Positions 8,965-18,258 are shown, counted from the stretch's first letter. The stretch is 48,608 bases of DNA from Clostridia bacterium (GCA_045638465.1 JAZUBK010000017.1:1-48608), one strand, 5' to 3'. Notes: generated from the letters alone by a model not told the origin. Program-made: numbers and translations.

Positions 8965-10497
8965 CTACACCCAATATTTGTTGTCCAGTGACCTATAACT
9001 GATAGCCTCTAGCAAATGGCAAACCTCTATGTTATCACTACCATCAAGGTCTGCTATTGTTCTTGCTACTTTTAAGATTCTATCATGAGCCCTTGCACTT
9101 AGTTTTAGTTTATCAAAGGCTTGTTCCAATATCTTTTCGCCATCTGGTGATAATTTACAATATTTTTTAATCATAGTGCTAGTCATTTTGCTATTGCTAT
9201 ATATCTTTTTGCCGTCATATCTTATAAGCTGAACTTTTCTAGCAAAGTCTACTCTCTTTTTGATATCAGCTGAAGTTTCTTCTGTATGGTTATTGTTTAG
9301 TTCTTTGAAACTTAAACTATCAACCTCTACGTGAAGATCAATTCTATCCATAAGTGGGCCACTAATTTTATTTAGGTACTTATGTATTTGCATAGGTGAG
9401 CACTTGCACTCTTGAATCTTACTTCCATAATTTCCACAAGGGCAAGGATTCATACTAGCAATCATAGTAAATGACGCCGGATAAACAATGGTTTGGGTAT
9501 TTCGAGCGACAGTAATTACGCTATCTTCTAGAGGCTGCCTCAAAGTCTCAATGGTATATCTTGAATACTCTGGCAATTCATCTAAAAACAAAACCCCATT
9601 ATGTGCTAGGCTTATTTCACCAGGTTTTGCATTATGACCACCACCAGTTAGGGCAACTGTAGTTGCCGTGTGGTGAGGCGCTCTAAATGGTCTGTTAAAT
9701 ATCAAACCAATTTCATTATCAAGCGTTCCTGCCACACTATGAATCTTTGTTACCTCCAAAGCCTCTTCAAAAGTCATATCGGGCAAAATACTTGGAAAAC
9801 ATTTTGCTATCATAGTTTTACCGCTACCAGGGGGTCCAATCATAAGTACATTGTGCCCACCAGCAGCAGCTATTTCCATTGCTCTTTTTGCACTGGCTTG
9901 ACCTTTTACTGCAGCAAAATCAAATGGATATGCGTTTTCGCTCTTTGCTGACAGATAAGAAACTATCTCAACAGGCTCTAAAGTAATACTTGAGTTAAAA
10001 AAGTCAACTACTTGCTTTAGATTGTCTATGGCAAAAACTTCTACCCCTTCGATAAATCTAGCTTCTTTTTTATTTCCACTAGGGATAATAAGTTTTTTGT
10101 AGCCTTTGTCTTTGGCGGTGATTAATATAGGAAGTACGCCTTTTACCGCTCTCAAACTGCCATCGAGTGAAAGTTCACCAATAAAAGCATAATCTTTGAT
10201 TTTGTCGATTGGTATTTGATTTGTAGCAGACAAAATCGCAACTGCTATAGGAAGATCATAAAGGGAACCTTCTTTTTTCAGATCCGCAGGAGCAAGGTTT
10301 ATTGTTATTTTTTCCACAGGAAAGTTTAGCCCACTGTTTTTAATAGCGGATCTAACCCTTTGCTTAGACTCTTTTATTGCGGTATCTGCAAGACCAACAA
10401 TATCGTAGGTAGGCAAACCCTTGGCTATGTCTACTTCTACTTTTACTATATTTCCATCTAGGCCTGTAAGCCCAAAACTATTTACAATAGATAGCAT
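8965..10497 (-). CDS. comM: ComM/YifB Mg-chelatase-like AAA+ helicase
   Basis: ITINLAPADLKKEGSLYDLPIA, GPPGSGKT, PFRAPHHT, LAHNGVLFLDELPE and NPCPCG. Start moved to 10497 (MLSIV) after GGAGG. Confidence 0.95.
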   Translation of the reverse strand: MLSIVNSFGLTGLDGNIVKVEVDIAKGLPTYDIVGLADTAIKESKQRVRSAIKNSGLNFPVEKITINLAPADLKKEGSLYDLPIAVAILSATNQIPIDKIKDYAFIGELSLDGSLRAVKGVLPILITAKDKGYKKLIIPSGNKKEARFIEGVEVFAIDNLKQVVDFFNSSITLEPVEIVSYLSAKSENAYPFDFAAVKGQASAKRAMEIAAAGGHNVLMIGPPGSGKTMIAKCFPSILPDMTFEEALEVTKIHSVAGTLDNEIGLIFNRPFRAPHHTATTVALTGGGHNAKPGEISLAHNGVLFLDELPEYSRYTIETLRQPLEDSVITVARNTQTIVYPASFTMIASMNPCPCGNYGSKIQECKCSPMQIHKYLNKISGPLMDRIDLHVEVDSLSFKELNNNHTEETSADIKKRVDFARKVQLIRYDGKKIYSNSKMTSTMIKKYCKLSPDGEKILEQAFDKLKLSARAHDRILKVARTIADLDGSDNIEVCHLLEAISYRSLDNKYWV

Positions 10498-10519
10498 TTT
10501 GCCTCCTTCCAATATGTTT

Positions 10520-10548
10520 ATTGTATAGCAATTAAAAAAATAAAACAA
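10520..10548 (-). promoter_or_regulatory. Candidate SigA-type promoter of the comM-dprA-topA operon
   Basis: TTGTTT-17 bp-TACAAT upstream of the GGAGG RBS. Confidence 0.45.
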
Positions 10549-10701
10549 ACAAAATCACTAAATATTTTTGCATATATTATATATGCATGTAAAAACATAC
10601 AATTTTCAGCTACTTTTTTGTTACAAAAAAAAAAAAGATAAACAAGCAATAATATTGAAACTAAAAATATACTCAAAAGTATTAAAAAAAAATTTTAACA
10701 C

Positions 10702-10737
10702 AAAAAAAACAACTCTAGGAATTTCCTAGAGTTGTTT
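10702..10737 (-). terminator. Intrinsic terminator after rplS
   Basis: AAACAACTCTAGG/CCTAGAGTTGTTT hairpin plus T-run. Confidence 0.85.
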
Positions 10738-10743
10738 AATTTG

Positions 10744-11085
10744 TTATCTTTGTTCTTTAATCTTGGCAGCGTTACCTGTTCTTTCTCTTAGGTAGAACAA
10801 TTTAGCTCTTCTAACTTTACCTTTCTTAACAACCTCAATTTTGTCAATTTTTGGGCTGTGAATTGGGAAAGTTCTTTCTACGCCAACACCAAATGAAAGA
10901 CGTCTAACAGTGAAAGATTCTCTTACACTACCGTTCTTTCTAGCGATAACAACACCTTCGAATACTTGGATTCTTTCTTTGTTACCTTCGATAATCTTAA
11001 CATATACTTTTACAGTATCGCCAATTCCAAATTCTGGAACATTAGCTTTAAGATTCTCTTTTTCGATGATATCGATAAGATTCAT
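10744..11085 (-). CDS. rplS: 50S ribosomal protein L19
   Basis: [26 protein letters not shown] and [12 protein letters not shown]. Confidence 0.99.
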   Translation of the reverse strand: MNLIDIIEKENLKANVPEFGIGDTVKVYVKIIEGNKERIQVFEGVVIARKNGSVRESFTVRRLSFGVGVERTFPIHSPKIDKIEVVKKGKVRRAKLFYLRERTGNAAKIKEQR

Positions 11086-11112
11086 TGTGACTTATACCTC
11101 CCTATCTAAACT

Positions 11113-11157
11113 AAATGTTCATGCCTACAAATCATACAAAATGGCAGAGGACCATCC
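11113..11157 (-). ncRNA. L19 leader (ribosomal protein leader RNA)
   Basis: The rplS 5' UTR reads GGAUGGUCCUCUGCC...GGCAUGAACAUUU, resembling the GAUGUUCCGCUG...GAACAU hairpin of the Firmicute L19 leader. Confidence 0.75.
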
Positions 11158-11170
11158 GAAGTCGAAAATT

Positions 11171-11199
11171 ATTATACACGATATATATATAAATTGCAA
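11171..11199 (-). promoter_or_regulatory. SigA promoter of rplS
   Basis: TTGCAA-17 bp-TATAAT. Confidence 0.75.
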
Positions 11200-11334
11200 G
11201 TACTTTTTCTATTTTTTTATAAATATTTTATATAAATTATTTTGCGCAAAAAACTCAAATTTTTAACCAAAACAATCCTAAAAAAGCTAAAAACCAAATC
11301 AAAAGTTAAAACAAGACTTTTTTTAGAAATCATT

Positions 11335-11366
11335 AAAAAAGAAGGCTCTTTCTAGCCCTCTTTTTT
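11335..11366 (-). terminator. Intrinsic terminator after tyrS
   Basis: GAGGGCT/AGCCTTC hairpin flanked by A- and T-runs. Confidence 0.75.
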
Positions 11367-11376
11367 GATAGTTTTA

Positions 11377-12630
11377 TTAAATTTCAACTTTTAGGAAGTT
11401 CTTTTTGCCTTTCTTTAGTATTACATAACCATCAGTAAATACATCTAAGGTTACAGGTTCTGCAAAGTTTGCAGGTTTTTTATCACCAATAGTGATTCCG
11501 CCTTGATCGATAAGTCTTCTTGCCTCTGATTTTCCACCAACAAAACCAGTGATAGTTGTAACAAAGTCAACTGCTGTAACTGTATTATCAAAGATATTTT
11601 TATCAATTTTTACTGTAGGAACGTTAGACATGTCTACACCGCCACCAAATAGCGCTGATGTTGCTTCTTGAGCCTTTTTAGCGTCTTCTTCGCCCCTTAC
11701 AAAACGTGTAACTTCGTAGCTTAATACTTTCTTTGCGTTAACAATATCTTCTTTTACAAGGCTTCTTACCTCGTCCATAGGAACATCTGTAAATAGCGCA
11801 AACATCATCTCTACACAAGCGTCTGGAGTTTGGTATACACCTTGGTAAAAGTCATAAGCTGATATTTTGTCTTTATCAATCCAGATCGCACCCTTTTCGG
11901 TTTTACCCATTTTCTTACCTTCTGGAGTAAGTAGTAGTGGGTTTGTAGCACCAATCAAAGATACATCTGTGCCATTTGCAAAGTTTAATTTTCTTTGAAG
12001 TTCTACACCAGCAACAATGTTACCCCATTGGTCACCACCGCCATATTGAAGTGTACATCCATATTCACGATTTAGATGGATAAAGTCATACGCTTGCATA
12101 AGCATATAACCCATTTCAAAAAATGTAAGGCCGCCCTCTTCGATGCGATTTGCATAGATTTCGTTAGAAAGCATTTTGTTTACATTAAAGTGAACGCCTA
12201 TCTCTCTCATAAAATCAATATAGTCATAACCTTTGAACCAATCAGCGTTGTTTACGATAATTGCTGGATTTTCGCCATCAAAATCAAGGAAAACTTTTAG
12301 AGTGTTTTTGATTTTTTCGATATTTGCTGCGATTTGTTCTTTTGTCATCATTTTACGAAGTTCGGTTTTGCCGCTAGGATCACCTACACATGCAGTTGCT
12401 CCGCCCATAAGAAGAAGTACTTTGTGACCTGCTTTTTGGAATCTTCTTAAAATGCAGTAAGGAACACAGTGGCCAATATGCAAACTATCTGCAGTAGGGT
12501 CAGTTCCTTCGTATAGTGTGATAGGAGTGCCAGACTCTAGTGCTTTTTTCAAAGCTTCTTCATCTGTACATTGGTACAAAAGTCCTCTTTCCTTTAGTTC
12601 ATTAAATAAATTTGTGTCTACTTTTTTCAT
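11377..12630 (-). CDS. tyrS: Tyrosyl-tRNA ligase
   Basis: DPTADSLHIGH, GDPSG, QAYDF, GGGDQWGNI, KMGKT and a C-terminal S4-like domain. Start moved to 12630 (MKKVD) after GGAGG. Confidence 0.98.
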   Translation of the reverse strand: MKKVDTNLFNELKERGLLYQCTDEEALKKALESGTPITLYEGTDPTADSLHIGHCVPYCILRRFQKAGHKVLLLMGGATACVGDPSGKTELRKMMTKEQIAANIEKIKNTLKVFLDFDGENPAIIVNNADWFKGYDYIDFMREIGVHFNVNKMLSNEIYANRIEEGGLTFFEMGYMLMQAYDFIHLNREYGCTLQYGGGDQWGNIVAGVELQRKLNFANGTDVSLIGATNPLLLTPEGKKMGKTEKGAIWIDKDKISAYDFYQGVYQTPDACVEMMFALFTDVPMDEVRSLVKEDIVNAKKVLSYEVTRFVRGEEDAKKAQEATSALFGGGVDMSNVPTVKIDKNIFDNTVTAVDFVTTITGFVGGKSEARRLIDQGGITIGDKKPANFAEPVTLDVFTDGYVILKKGKKNFLKVEI

Positions 12631-12639
12631 AATTTCCTC

Positions 12640-12852
12640 CAATAAAAAAATCCTATGTAAAACTTTACATAGGACGAAATTTCTTCGTGGTACCACCTAA
12701 TTTTATAATCTTTGCGATTACCTCTTTTGCCATCTTCCTTAGGCATGTTTGCTACGAGCAATGTAATTCATTTTATACCCCTGAAAGCCTCGCACCAAAC
12801 GGCTTTTCTCTAATTGCCAGATATAAAACTACTGATTTGCACATCAAACGCA
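12640..12852 (-). ncRNA. T-box riboswitch with Tyr (UAC) specifier
   Basis: Stem I has AGUA, AGAGA and GGUG motifs and specifier loop GAAU-UAC-A (UAC at 12763-12765). T-box is AAUUAGGUGGUACCACG. Terminator is UCCUAUGUAAA/UUUACAUAGGA plus U-run. Confidence 0.95.
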
Positions 12853-12869
12853 AATATTAAGATGTCACT

Positions 12870-12898
12870 ATAATAACAAAACAAATATTTATTGTCAA
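12870..12898 (-). promoter_or_regulatory. SigA promoter of the tyrS T-box leader
   Basis: TTGACA-17 bp-TATTAT with a TG extension. Confidence 0.75.
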
Positions 12899-12900
12899 GT

Positions 12901-13239
12901 CTAAAAGGCATTTTCTATATGAGTAATTTTGTCCCCCATAATCTCAACAACATCAAACCTACAACTTACATCAAACAACTTTTTGTATTTAATATAGCCT
13001 TGAGCTACAAGCCTGATTTTGTGTTGTTTACGAAAATCTACCGCCTCTCTTCCAAGACCAAACTTATCACCAGACCTTGATTTTACTTCTACAAAAACAA
13101 GTACATCATTTTCTTTTGCAACAATATCAATCTCACCAATTTTGTTTGTATAATTTGTCTCAACAATTTTATAACCTTTACCTTTCAAAAAGGCAACAGC
13201 CTCCGCTTCTCCAATATTTCCAACTCTTTTATTTATCAC
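12901..13239 (-). CDS. yraN: YraN family PD-(D/E)XK nuclease
   Basis: GNIGEAEA, GEIDIVA, LVFVEVKSR and RFDVVEI. Confidence 0.95.
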   Translation of the reverse strand: MINKRVGNIGEAEAVAFLKGKGYKIVETNYTNKIGEIDIVAKENDVLVFVEVKSRSGDKFGLGREAVDFRKQHKIRLVAQGYIKYKKLFDVSCRFDVVEIMGDKITHIENAF

Positions 13240-13847
13240 TTGTCAACCTCTACAAAATGACCAATAAAACTTTTTCTATGAATAGGACTTGGGCCATATT
13301 TTTTCAAAGCCTCAATATGCTCTTTTGTTCCATAACCTTTATGCTTGGCAAACTTATATTCTGGGAAGACGGTATCAACTTTACACATAAGATTATCTCT
13401 ATGCACCTTAGCTAAAATACTAGCTGCCGCTATGTTATAACTTTTTGCATCGCCCTTAATTATGCTCTCAAGCGGAATATCACACTCAAAGTTTAGAGCG
13501 TCAGTCAAAACCACTTTTGGCTTAATTTTTAGGTTTTCTACCCCTTTTTTCGCGCCTAATTTTGTAGCAGCCAAAATATTTATCTCATCTATAGTTGTCT
13601 CATCAACCTCTACTATTGAGTAAGCAATAGCGGTGTTTATTATTTTTTCAAACAAGGCTTCTCTCTTTTTTGGAGTAAGCTTTTTGCTATCATTTATGCC
13701 ATCTATTATCTTGTCTTCATCCAAAGGCATAATAACAACAGCAACGACTACAGGTCCTGCAAGAGGCCCTCTTCCTGCCTCATCAAGTCCTGCAACAAGA
13801 CCCAAATTTTTATATTGATTTTCATACTCAAACATATTATTTTGCAT
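13236..13847 (-). CDS. rnhB: Ribonuclease HII
   Basis: GLDEAGRGPLAGPV, DSKKL, IKGDAKS, AAASILAKV and HKGYGT. Confidence 0.98.
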   Translation of the reverse strand: MQNNMFEYENQYKNLGLVAGLDEAGRGPLAGPVVVAVVIMPLDEDKIIDGINDSKKLTPKKREALFEKIINTAIAYSIVEVDETTIDEINILAATKLGAKKGVENLKIKPKVVLTDALNFECDIPLESIIKGDAKSYNIAAASILAKVHRDNLMCKVDTVFPEYKFAKHKGYGTKEHIEALKKYGPSPIHRKSFIGHFVEVDK

Positions 13848-14682
13848 ACTTATCTAAAATGATTTTTCCAAATCTACCCTTTCTAAAGTCATCAATTATC
13901 ATACGAGCACATCTTTCATAATCAGGCTCATTTCCTTTCAAAACGCATTTCTTTGCAAGGCATATTTCATCAAAAATTTCGATAGTTTCTTTATCTTCAG
14001 TTTGAACGCTATACCTTTGCTCAAAAATATCGTTTTTACCGCCTTTAAATTCGTTTATAAAGTCGAAAGCAAGGTTTTCGATATCTAAAACGTCATCTTT
14101 AATTGAGCCCAAATAAGCCAAATGTTGAGCCACAGTTTTGTCATCAAAACTAGGCCACAAAGTTCCTGGCATATCAAGAACTTCGATACCATTATCGATA
14201 GTAACCCATTGTTTACCACGTGTAACACCTGGTTTATTACCAGTCTTAGTTCTTGCCTTACCACACAAATTATTAACTAGGGTTGACTTGCCAGTATTTG
14301 GCACCCCAACAACCATTGTTCTTATTATTTTATTTATATTTTTTGCCTTAGCCTTTTCTATCTTTTCTTCCAAAAGTTTTCTAATGATCGGAACAAGAAC
14401 TCTAGTTGAATTTGACGCCGTGCTATCAAGAGCTATAGCGGTTGAGTTTTCTGTTGTAAAGTGAGCAATCCATTTGTTTAATTGTTGTTCATCTACAAGA
14501 TCCGCTTTGTTTAGCACATATATAATAGGTTTATTTTGTGACATGCTAGATAGTTTTGGATTAACAGTAGAATAAGGCGCTCTACTATCCAGAACATAAA
14601 TGATTACGTCTACAACTTTTATATCTTGTTCTATAAGTCTAAAGGTCTTGGTCATATGACCCGGAAACCATTGTATAGTCAT
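13837..14682 (-). CDS. rbgA: Ribosome biogenesis GTPase RbgA (YlqF)
   Basis: IQWFPGHM, NKADL, GVPNTGKS, PGVTRG and DMPG. Confidence 0.97.
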   Translation of the reverse strand: MTIQWFPGHMTKTFRLIEQDIKVVDVIIYVLDSRAPYSTVNPKLSSMSQNKPIIYVLNKADLVDEQQLNKWIAHFTTENSTAIALDSTASNSTRVLVPIIRKLLEEKIEKAKAKNINKIIRTMVVGVPNTGKSTLVNNLCGKARTKTGNKPGVTRGKQWVTIDNGIEVLDMPGTLWPSFDDKTVAQHLAYLGSIKDDVLDIENLAFDFINEFKGGKNDIFEQRYSVQTEDKETIEIFDEICLAKKCVLKGNEPDYERCARMIIDDFRKGRFGKIILDKYAK

Positions 14683-14683
14683 T

Positions 14684-15358
14684 TTAATCTTCCTTTTTAA
14701 ATAAATCTGGTCTACGTTCTTTGGTTATCTTGACACTTTGCTCATATCTCCACTCTCTCACCTTTTCGTGATTGCCAGATACAAGTACATCGGGTACTTT
14801 AAGCCCCATAAATTCGGCAGGACGGGTGTATTGTGGATATTCGAGTAAATTATTGGAAAAACTTTCCTCATCGGTAGAGCCCTCACTCAAGACTCCATCA
14901 ACATATCTTGAAACAGAGTCAACAAGCACCATCGCAGGAAGTTCCCCTCCAGTTAAAACATAATCACCAATAGACACTTCTTCGTCAATACATAGATCAA
15001 TAATTCTTTGGTCTATGCCCTCATAGTGCCCACAAACAACAATAAGGTGGTTATATGTTTTTGCGTAGTTGATAACTTTTTTACCTGTCAAAACATTGCC
15101 TCTTGGTGACATATATATAACATAAGAGTCATCAGTTTTTACCGACATAATAGCATCATATAGTGGTTGTGGAGTCATAAGCATACCAGCTCCACCACCA
15201 AATGGGTAGTCATCACATTTTTTGTGTTTATCTTTAGAAAAATCTCTAATATTAACTAAATTTACCGCTATTAAGTTTTTTTCTTGAGCCCTGCCCAAAA
15301 TGCTCATTTTTAGATTTTCAAACATTTCAGGAAATAGAGTTAAAATATCTATTCTCAT
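14684..15358 (-). CDS. trmD: tRNA (guanine-N1)-methyltransferase
   Basis: DDYPFGGGAGM, CGHYEGIDQR, SIGDYVLTGGE and LEYPQYTRP. Confidence 0.98.
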   Translation of the reverse strand: MRIDILTLFPEMFENLKMSILGRAQEKNLIAVNLVNIRDFSKDKHKKCDDYPFGGGAGMLMTPQPLYDAIMSVKTDDSYVIYMSPRGNVLTGKKVINYAKTYNHLIVVCGHYEGIDQRIIDLCIDEEVSIGDYVLTGGELPAMVLVDSVSRYVDGVLSEGSTDEESFSNNLLEYPQYTRPAEFMGLKVPDVLVSGNHEKVREWRYEQSVKITKERRPDLFKKED

Positions 15359-15852
15359 ATCATAACCTCTTTTAGTCTTTCGGCTTTAACAACCATAGTT
15401 TTTGCCGACATATCTGCAGATATAACCATGTCTTTTACAAAAGGAAAAGTATGCACTCCCTTTCTTCCAACAATGGTATAGACATCAGCAGCACCATATT
15501 GTGCAATGTCAGTAATTTCACCATACTCTACGCCATTTTCGTCAAAAACTCTTACACCTATCATATCTTCGATAAAAAATTCTTGCTCGGCAAGTACTGG
15601 TCCATCTTCTCTTTTTATCTCAACTATTTTATTGCGCAAAGCCTCTACACCATTTGGCTCAACAATGCCTTCTACCATAATATAAGCAAAGCCTTGTCTT
15701 GCGGTAGCAGATTTTATATTATAAGTTTTACCATTAATAATCACGTATTTAAGGGTTTTAAAAAAGTCCATATCTTTGATAATAGGTTCAAGTTTCATCT
15801 CACCTTTTATGCCTTGTGGCTTTAAAACTTTTGCAATTTTTAATAAATCCAT
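15355..15852 (-). CDS. rimM: 16S rRNA processing protein RimM
   Basis: KPQGIKGE, EFFIEDMIG and GAADVY; located between khpA and trmD. Confidence 0.95.
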   Translation of the reverse strand: MDLLKIAKVLKPQGIKGEMKLEPIIKDMDFFKTLKYVIINGKTYNIKSATARQGFAYIMVEGIVEPNGVEALRNKIVEIKREDGPVLAEQEFFIEDMIGVRVFDENGVEYGEITDIAQYGAADVYTIVGRKGVHTFPFVKDMVISADMSAKTMVVKAERLKEVMI

Positions 15853-15943
15853 AATAATCTCCTAAAAACATATTAGCACAAAAATATAAAAAAATAAACT
15901 ATGTAACTGAAATAACTTTTAACAATCTCAAAATTATATAAAT

Positions 15944-15972
15944 AAAAAAACCACTAAACAATGTTTAGTGGC
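15944..15972 (-). terminator. Intrinsic terminator after khpA
   Basis: CCACTAAACA/TGTTTAGTGG hairpin plus T-run. Confidence 0.8.
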
Positions 15973-15980
15973 TAAAAATA

Positions 15981-16211
15981 TTAAGATACTACTTTAACAA
16001 CATATCTTTTCTTAGTTTTTGCAGAAACAGAACGAACAATTGTTCTAATACTTTGAACAACTTTTCCGTTTTTGCCAATAACTTTACCAGCATCACTTTC
16101 GGCTACTTTTACATTGATAACAATAGTTTTGCCGTCAAGTTCTGTTGTAACCTGCACTTGGTCTTTATTATCTACCAAATTTTCGATAATTACTTTAACA
16201 AAATTTTCCAT
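15981..16211 (-). CDS. khpA: KH-domain RNA-binding protein KhpA (YlqC)
   Basis: DAGKVIGKNG KH motif; follows rpsP. Confidence 0.95.
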   Translation of the reverse strand: MENFVKVIIENLVDNKDQVQVTTELDGKTIVINVKVAESDAGKVIGKNGKVVQSIRTIVRSVSAKTKKRYVVKVVS

Positions 16212-16230
16212 ATTCCCTTACTCCTATCTA

Positions 16231-16530
16231 TTAAGCATTTTTAGATTCTTTTTTAGGAGCAGTAACTTTTTTAGAAGTGTATGGTTTTGCATCTTTAACA
16301 GCGCCGCTCTTTACAAGAATAGTTCTTGCAGTTTCAGTTGGTTGAGCACCGTTAGCAATCCATTTTGTTGCTTTGTCGTTGTCGATTTTGATTTCTTCAT
16401 TTAGTGGGTTGAAGAATCCAAGAGTATCGATAACTTTGCCATCTCTAGCTGTTCTAGAATCAGCAACAACTACTCTATAAAATGGAGATTTTTTATCTCC
16501 CATTCTTGTTAGTCTAATTTTAACTGCCAT
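16231..16530 (-). CDS. rpsP: 30S ribosomal protein S16
   Basis: [22 protein letters not shown] and GAQPT. Confidence 0.99.
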   Translation of the reverse strand: MAVKIRLTRMGDKKSPFYRVVVADSRTARDGKVIDTLGFFNPLNEEIKIDNDKATKWIANGAQPTETARTILVKSGAVKDAKPYTSKKVTAPKKESKNA

Positions 16531-16595
16531 TTGTATTTCTCCTTTATATTTTTATATATTTTACTAATTTATTAGTTAGTAACTAAGTAAGTTGT

Positions 16596-17921
16596 TTAGA
16601 ACAAACCTTTGAACATACCACCTTTACGTTTACCGTTTAGCTGTTTCATAAGTTCTTTGCTTTGTTCAAATTGTTTTAGCAATCTATTAACATCTTGTAT
16701 TTGAGTACCGCTACCTTGAGCAATTCTTCTCTTTTGAGAAGCTTTGATAAGGTCTGGGTTTCTTCTTTCCTTTTTGGTCATACTTTGTACGATTGCTTTG
16801 TTTTTGATAAGTTCTTTTTCGTCTACTTTCATACCTTTTAGCTTACTTGCTGCCCCTGGTATCATAGCAATAAGGTCATTGATATCTCCCATTTTGCTCA
16901 TATTTTCCATTTGCACCAAATAGTCTTCAAAGTTGAAACTATTTTCTTTAAACTTCTTTTCAAGTTCTTTTGCTTGTTTTTCATCTACTGCAGTTTGGGC
17001 TTTTTCGATCAATGTTAATACGTCGCCCATACCAAGTATTCTTGATGCCATACGATCTGGATAGAAAGGCTCTAAATCGCCAATCTTTTCACCAACACCA
17101 CAGAATTTAATAGGTTTGCCTGTAACTTCTCTAATAGAAAGTGCCGCACCACCTCTAGTGTCACCATCAAGTTTTGTAAGTATAACACCAGTAATATCAA
17201 GGTCACTATTGAATTTTTCGGCTACACCTACACTTTCTTGACCAAGCATAGAGTCAACTGTTAACAAAATCTCAGTAGGATTTACAGCTTTTTTGATTTC
17301 TTTTAATTCGTCCATCAACTCTTCGTTAATAGAAAGACGACCTGCAGTATCGATAATAACTGTGTCATACATCATTTTGTTTGCATATTCTATGGCTTGT
17401 TTTGCAGTTTTTACAGGACTTTGAGTTCCCTTTTCAAAAACTTCTACATTTGCAGTCTTTCCTACAACTTGAAGTTGTGAAATTGCCGCCGGTCTATATA
17501 TATCTCCTGCTACAAGCAATGGCTTTTTGCCTTGAGATTTTAGGTGCATAGCAAGTTTGCCACACATAGTAGTTTTACCTGCACCTTGAAGGCCACACAT
17601 CATAATAACTGTAGGAAGATTAGAACTTACTAGTAGTTTTGAATTGCTACTACCCATAAGTGCTGTTAATTCTTCGTTAACAATCTTGATTACTTGTTGC
17701 CCTGGAGTCAAGCTTTCTAGAATATTTTGACCAATAGCTTTTTCGCTAACACTAGCTACAAACTTTTTTGCTACCATAAAGTTTACGTCTGCTTCAAGCA
17801 AAGCAACACGAACTTCTCTCATAGCCTCTTTGATTTCTAGCTCAGTTAGACGACCTCTTTTGGTAAGTTTACTAAAGATATGGTTAAGTCTAGTAGATAG
17901 CCCTTCAAAAAGTCCCATCAA
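16596..17921 (-). CDS. ffh: Signal recognition particle protein Ffh
   Basis: ALLEADV, GLQGAGKTT, DTAGRL, TKLDGDTRGGAA and the M-domain SMT...ER motif. Start could be the second Met at 17918. Confidence 0.98.
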   Translation of the reverse strand: MMGLFEGLSTRLNHIFSKLTKRGRLTELEIKEAMREVRVALLEADVNFMVAKKFVASVSEKAIGQNILESLTPGQQVIKIVNEELTALMGSSNSKLLVSSNLPTVIMMCGLQGAGKTTMCGKLAMHLKSQGKKPLLVAGDIYRPAAISQLQVVGKTANVEVFEKGTQSPVKTAKQAIEYANKMMYDTVIIDTAGRLSINEELMDELKEIKKAVNPTEILLTVDSMLGQESVGVAEKFNSDLDITGVILTKLDGDTRGGAALSIREVTGKPIKFCGVGEKIGDLEPFYPDRMASRILGMGDVLTLIEKAQTAVDEKQAKELEKKFKENSFNFEDYLVQMENMSKMGDINDLIAMIPGAASKLKGMKVDEKELIKNKAIVQSMTKKERRNPDLIKASQKRRIAQGSGTQIQDVNRLLKQFEQSKELMKQLNGKRKGGMFKGLF

Positions 17922-18247
17922 AAATCCTCCAAAATACTATTTAAGTTAGCTTTGGCCTTTTGGGTATCACTATTTTCTATGCAGTCAATAGTGCTATTTA
18001 CTTTTTCTTTTATTGCATTAAATCTTTTCAAAAGTCCTAGTTTATCTTCATAATTTTCTAGCACCTTCAAAGTTCTTTTTATAAGGTCATTAGCAGCTTG
18101 TCTAGTAACCCCATAACTTTCTGCAATCTCAGTCAAAGATAAATTGTTATCCAAAAAGTCAGTTAGCATATTTTTTTGTTTGTCGGTAAGCAAATTGCCA
18201 TAAAACTCAAACAACATACTACTATTAAATTGCTGAGTAATATTCAT
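17918..18247 (-). CDS. ylxM: YlxM (UPF0122) HTH protein
   Basis: FYGNLLTDKQ, LSLTEIAE, VTRQA and LENYEDKLGL. Start moved to 18247 after AAGGAG. Confidence 0.93.
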   Translation of the reverse strand: MNITQQFNSSMLFEFYGNLLTDKQKNMLTDFLDNNLSLTEIAESYGVTRQAANDLIKRTLKVLENYEDKLGLLKRFNAIKEKVNSTIDCIENSDTQKAKANLNSILEDF

Positions 18248-18258
18248 AACTTGCTCCT

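Noticed and set aside
10583-10729. 48-codon plus-strand ORF (MHVKTYNF...) across the A12 tract
   Set aside because: No RBS, Lys-rich from A-runs and ends inside the rplS terminator; likely chance.
11160-11166. AGTCGAA near the rplS start as a Spo0A box
   Set aside because: Mismatch to TGNCGAA and a single copy; chance level.
16561-16590. AT-rich palindromes between ffh and rpsP
   Set aside because: No GC stem or U-tract and low complexity; cannot support a terminator or operator call.
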